Of a stretch of DNA of 64,000 nucleotides, positions 61,382 to 64,000 are shown piece by piece. Within the stretch, counting starts at the first letter, position 1, and every line of letters begins with the position of its first letter. The translations under genes and the position numbers were made by a program. The notes below the pieces were generated by a model. It ran no database searches. It was not told the DNA's origin and saw nothing but the letters and a program-made list of their open reading frames with translations. The stretch is from Cetobacterium sp. (GTDB lineage: Bacteria > Fusobacteriota > Fusobacteriia > Fusobacteriales > Fusobacteriaceae): positions 4,475 through 68,474 of the forward strand of contig NZ_JBOFXD010000050.1 of the NCBI RefSeq assembly GCF_051653945.1, written 5' to 3'.

Positions 61382-62314
61382 TTATAAATTTTCCATTTTA
61401 TGCCAGTTTATTGGAAATCCCATCGCTTCCAAAATTTGATTTATCTCAATAACTCTCAAATTTTTTTCTAGTTCTTCACAACTTTTTATCAAAGAGGATG
61501 TAAGAATACTATACTCTGCTTTCGTCAAAAAGATCCTAAGTCCTTGATATACTCCAAATAAGTTTTGTCTACTCTTAGAATTAATAAATTCATTAGAGGA
61601 GATTGTAACTTTTGTTTTTAAATTATAAGTTCTTTCATTATGGGCACACACATTTCTAAAATTCCCAGCTACTTTTAAAAATGATTCCATAAATTCTTTT
61701 GAGACCCTAATTTCTGAGCCATACTCTTTCTCATAGATAGCTTTCACAGAGTTTATAACTCTATCTTTTACAGTGTTCTTTATTACTGTAAAAAATATAC
61801 TCATTTCTCCAAATGTTAAAAAATGAATTAAAACCCATAGAGGAATATTATTTTTCTCCTTATAGTGCTTCAAAACTTCAATTTTATAATCTTTTAATAA
61901 ATTTTTCATTCTTTTTACAATTATATGAATATTATCCAAATTATATGAATTCAAATAGTAGCAATCATAATCTAAATATCTATTAACAACTCTTTCATGC
62001 TTATTATTAGTATTTATTTCAGAAAAATGATAAGAAATCAAAGTTTTCATTACCCTCTCAAACTCGGTTATAGAGTTAAAAAATGCCATTCTTAAGCTTT
62101 TATCAAATTCAAAGAGACTTATAATTTCCCTTATGTGAACTCCAACTTTATACTTATCGCTTCCTTTCTCTTGCAAAAAAGGGGTTTTATAAAAGTTGAT
62201 TACTGAATAATAATTATTTCTCATGAGATAAAATTTAGTATAATCATCACAAGTGATTCCTCTTTTAGTTAAAATATCTATCTGTTTCTCAAAATCTGAA
62301 AATGGTTTATCCAA
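61382..62314 (-). CDS. Abi family (AbiD/AbiF, Abi_2) HEPN ribonuclease
   Basis: KPFSDFEKQIDIL..RG, NYYSV, FDKSLR, PLWV....TFG and HEPN RNVCAH; TTG start with GGGAGG SD. Confidence 0.9.
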   Translation of the reverse strand: MDKPFSDFEKQIDILTKRGITCDDYTKFYLMRNNYYSVINFYKTPFLQEKGSDKYKVGVHIREIISLFEFDKSLRMAFFNSITEFERVMKTLISYHFSEINTNNKHERVVNRYLDYDCYYLNSYNLDNIHIIVKRMKNLLKDYKIEVLKHYKEKNNIPLWVLIHFLTFGEMSIFFTVIKNTVKDRVINSVKAIYEKEYGSEIRVSKEFMESFLKVAGNFRNVCAHNERTYNLKTKVTISSNEFINSKSRQNLFGVYQGLRIFLTKAEYSILTSSLIKSCEELEKNLRVIEINQILEAMGFPINWHKMENL

Positions 62315-62333
62315 AATTTCCTCCCAGTAATAT

Positions 62334-62413
62334 AAAAAGCCCCCTTTGCAAAAAGGAGGCAGTCTATAGTCTATGCCCGTATTTTTTCAAATAACTCGCA
62401 TAGCACGATCAGT
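62334..62413 (-). ncRNA. Candidate abiF-type leader/antitoxin RNA ending in an intrinsic terminator
   Basis: CUAUGC/GCAUAG stem with inner UAUUU/AAAUA; GCCUCCUUU-UUGC-AAAGGGGGC plus U5; between the promoter and abiF. Confidence 0.65.
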
Positions 62414-62419
62414 TATAAA

Positions 62420-62448
62420 ATAATACCTTTTTTTTACGTTTTTGTCAA
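62420..62448 (-). promoter_or_regulatory. sigma70 promoter for leader RNA/abiF
   Basis: TTGACA (62448-62443), 17 bp, TATTAT (62425-62420). Confidence 0.75.
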
Positions 62449-62546
62449 TTGTTTATTTGAATTTGAACCCATTATAGCATATTTCATTTTTTTTCACAGC
62501 ATTTTTCGTAATTTTTCTGATATTTTTTTATATTCAACAGAAAACA

Positions 62547-62575
62547 TTGAAATTTCTATGAAAATTTTATATAAT
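62547..62575 (+). promoter_or_regulatory. sigma70 promoter for the large structured RNA
   Basis: TTGAAA (62547-62552), 17 bp, TATAAT (62570-62575). Confidence 0.7.
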
Positions 62576-62580
62576 ATTAC

Positions 62581-62812
62581 TGCAAGAGATTGGAAGGAAA
62601 TGTCTGCGGACACATAATTAATCGGACGATTTTTGTGTAACTTAGTTAATCGCCTTCGACAAGATCTTATTAAATAATCTAAGAGGCAAGTTGACGTTTG
62701 AACTTACTAAAATAAATTAGTAAGTCGTAAAATTTTAAGAGAATTTTTTACTTTCTCTCCTTTTTTATATTCAAAATACATTTTTAATTTTAAAATTTTT
62801 ACTTCTCTTGTA
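62581..62812 (+). ncRNA. Candidate large structured ncRNA (~230 nt), possibly ARRPOF-like
   Basis: 9-bp closing stem TGCAAGAGA/TCTCTTGTA encloses several hairpins; no ORF; next to mob genes. Confidence 0.6.
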
Positions 62813-62978
62813 AAACTCATTAAAACCACGTTTTTAAAGCTTTTATATTTTCTTCGAGATATTTTATATGTCTTAAAATCTATTTTAAAAGCTCAATCTT
62901 TAGAACCACATCTTTGTAAAAATAAAATTTTATTATCCCTATCCCACCAGTATTTTTCATCTCCAATCAAAACTCTTT

Positions 62979-63311
62979 TTATAATGCCAATATCCTCTTT
63001 GATCCCCCTGTACTGAAAAAATATGCTTCTATAAGAAAAATGATTCCACTAAAAATATTCAGAGAGAAAATTCCTATGAAATATCTGCTTATCTTTCCTT
63101 TAAAATCTTGTATGAGATAATCTGAATTTTTCTCAAACTCTGCAACATTTTCTCTGAAACTCACTTTTATAAGCTCTTGGCTATTCTGAGTTTTAGAGAT
63201 CACGTTCATTACTTCCTGATTTTCTCTTTTTAAATTCTCGCTGTTGCTTTTCCAATTCTTCTCGTTTTCTTTCTTCAAATCTTCTATGAGCGAGGGTAGG
63301 ATTTTGGACAA
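62979..63311 (-). CDS. Mob-region coiled-coil protein with C-terminal hydrophobic segment (possibly degenerate)
   Basis: GAGG SD; lies directly after the relaxase remnant. Confidence 0.5.
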   Translation of the reverse strand: MSKILPSLIEDLKKENEKNWKSNSENLKRENQEVMNVISKTQNSQELIKVSFRENVAEFEKNSDYLIQDFKGKISRYFIGIFSLNIFSGIIFLIEAYFFSTGGSKRILAL

Positions 63312-64000
63312 TTCTGTAACCTCTCTCTGTTAGCTCCGCCTGATTCTCTATAGATCTCCTCTGCAATTGAATTAGAATTTCCTTCTCTACCTCTTCTCTT
63401 TTCAAACTCTCTAGCAAACTCTGCAATGTCTTTATATTCAATTTCCTCTAGCTTCTCTAGATACTCCTGTTCTGTTCCCTCTCTTGCTATTTTCCACCCC
63501 CTCCTTGCTAAGAATATCTTGGTTAAATGTCTTTTGGAGAGTAGAGAGTCTAAACTTATCCTTATTCCCCACAAGTATCTTTTTATACACTATAAAGGTT
63601 ATATTTTTTCTCTGCTCCTCCCAATCAGTTCTATACCCTTTCCTCTATATATTCTTCAGAACCTCTTCTCTGTTTTTGCTCTCCTGTGAAGTCTTGATAA
63701 TTACCTTTACCAGATTTAAACTGTCACTCTCTTTGGTAATTCCATTTTTGATTGTCACATACTTATTTTTATCCCAAGTAATTATCTTCCCTTTCTCTCT
63801 ATTTTTTGTGGAATCTCCAATCCATGAGTTAAGCAGATTTCATGATATGCTCTCGGTCTGTATGAGTGGCTATAAATACCTCATGTCCTAGAAAAGCTTT
63901 CTCACAGAATTCTACTCCAATTTCCAGTGCCTTTTCTCTATCTACCTCTCCAGCTTTAAAACTTTGAATTATATGTTTGTATTCTCTCCTTCTCCTCTTT
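63193..64000 (-). pseudogene. MOBP-type relaxase remnant (5' end outside the window)
   Basis: REYKHIIQSFKAGEVDREKALEIGVEF..GHEVFIATHTDREHI; the HxH motif is cut by an apparent deletion; several frameshifted fragments follow. Confidence 0.8.

Larger units (their letters stand above)
50202..64000. mobile_element. Decayed integrative (mobilisable) element / defence island at the guaA 3' end; right boundary outside the window
   Basis: Integrase remnant directly after guaA; PC4-like and relaxase remnants; RM-like, helicase and Abi cargo; mixed codon styles. Confidence 0.8.

Noticed and set aside
1804-63891. Many short ORF-track entries antisense to real genes (e.g. 1804-2178, 5216-5497, 8677-8922, 12964-13266, 15308-15622, 34213-34488, 39410-39886, 52369-52740, 57427-57697, 63426-63891)
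   Set aside because: They are shadow frames of strongly supported genes on the opposite strand, Ser/Leu/Ile/Phe-rich, and lack RBSs.
1-64000. CRISPR arrays, tRNA/rRNA genes and intact IS transposases
   Set aside because: I saw no regularly spaced repeats, cloverleaf or rRNA signatures, or DDE/HUH transposase ORFs.

Overview
This is a low-GC (AT-rich) bacterial chromosome segment. Gene content and style suggest Fusobacteriaceae, possibly Cetobacterium-like, which is inference only. Bases 1-50270 are mostly housekeeping genes: nagBA, nnrD, a Xer-like recombinase, rsuA, nfo, rlmN, PBP1A, murI/gltS, spmAB, addAB, cls, mnmA, udk, rnmV, and guaA behind a guanine riboswitch. From the guaA 3' end to the window edge lies a decayed integrative/mobilisable element whose integrase, PC4-like gene and relaxase are all broken. 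Its cargo is mostly intact and defence-like: a PLD-SNF2 helicase, a type IIG-like adenine methyltransferase split at an A7 run, an AbiF-family HEPN toxin behind a structured leader RNA, and two membrane/coiled-coil unknowns. Best leads: (1) a perfectly palindromic 11-6-11 dif-like site just downstream of a lone Xer-type recombinase; (2) an AbiF plus leader-RNA (type III TA-like) module; (3) a ~230-nt promoter-driven structured RNA beside the mob region, possibly ARRPOF-like; (4) a standalone sRNA candidate with three C-rich loops; (5) an A_AAA_AAG slippery site that would fuse a degenerate SIR2 protein to a start-less acidic ORF. All calls were made by eye, without database searches.
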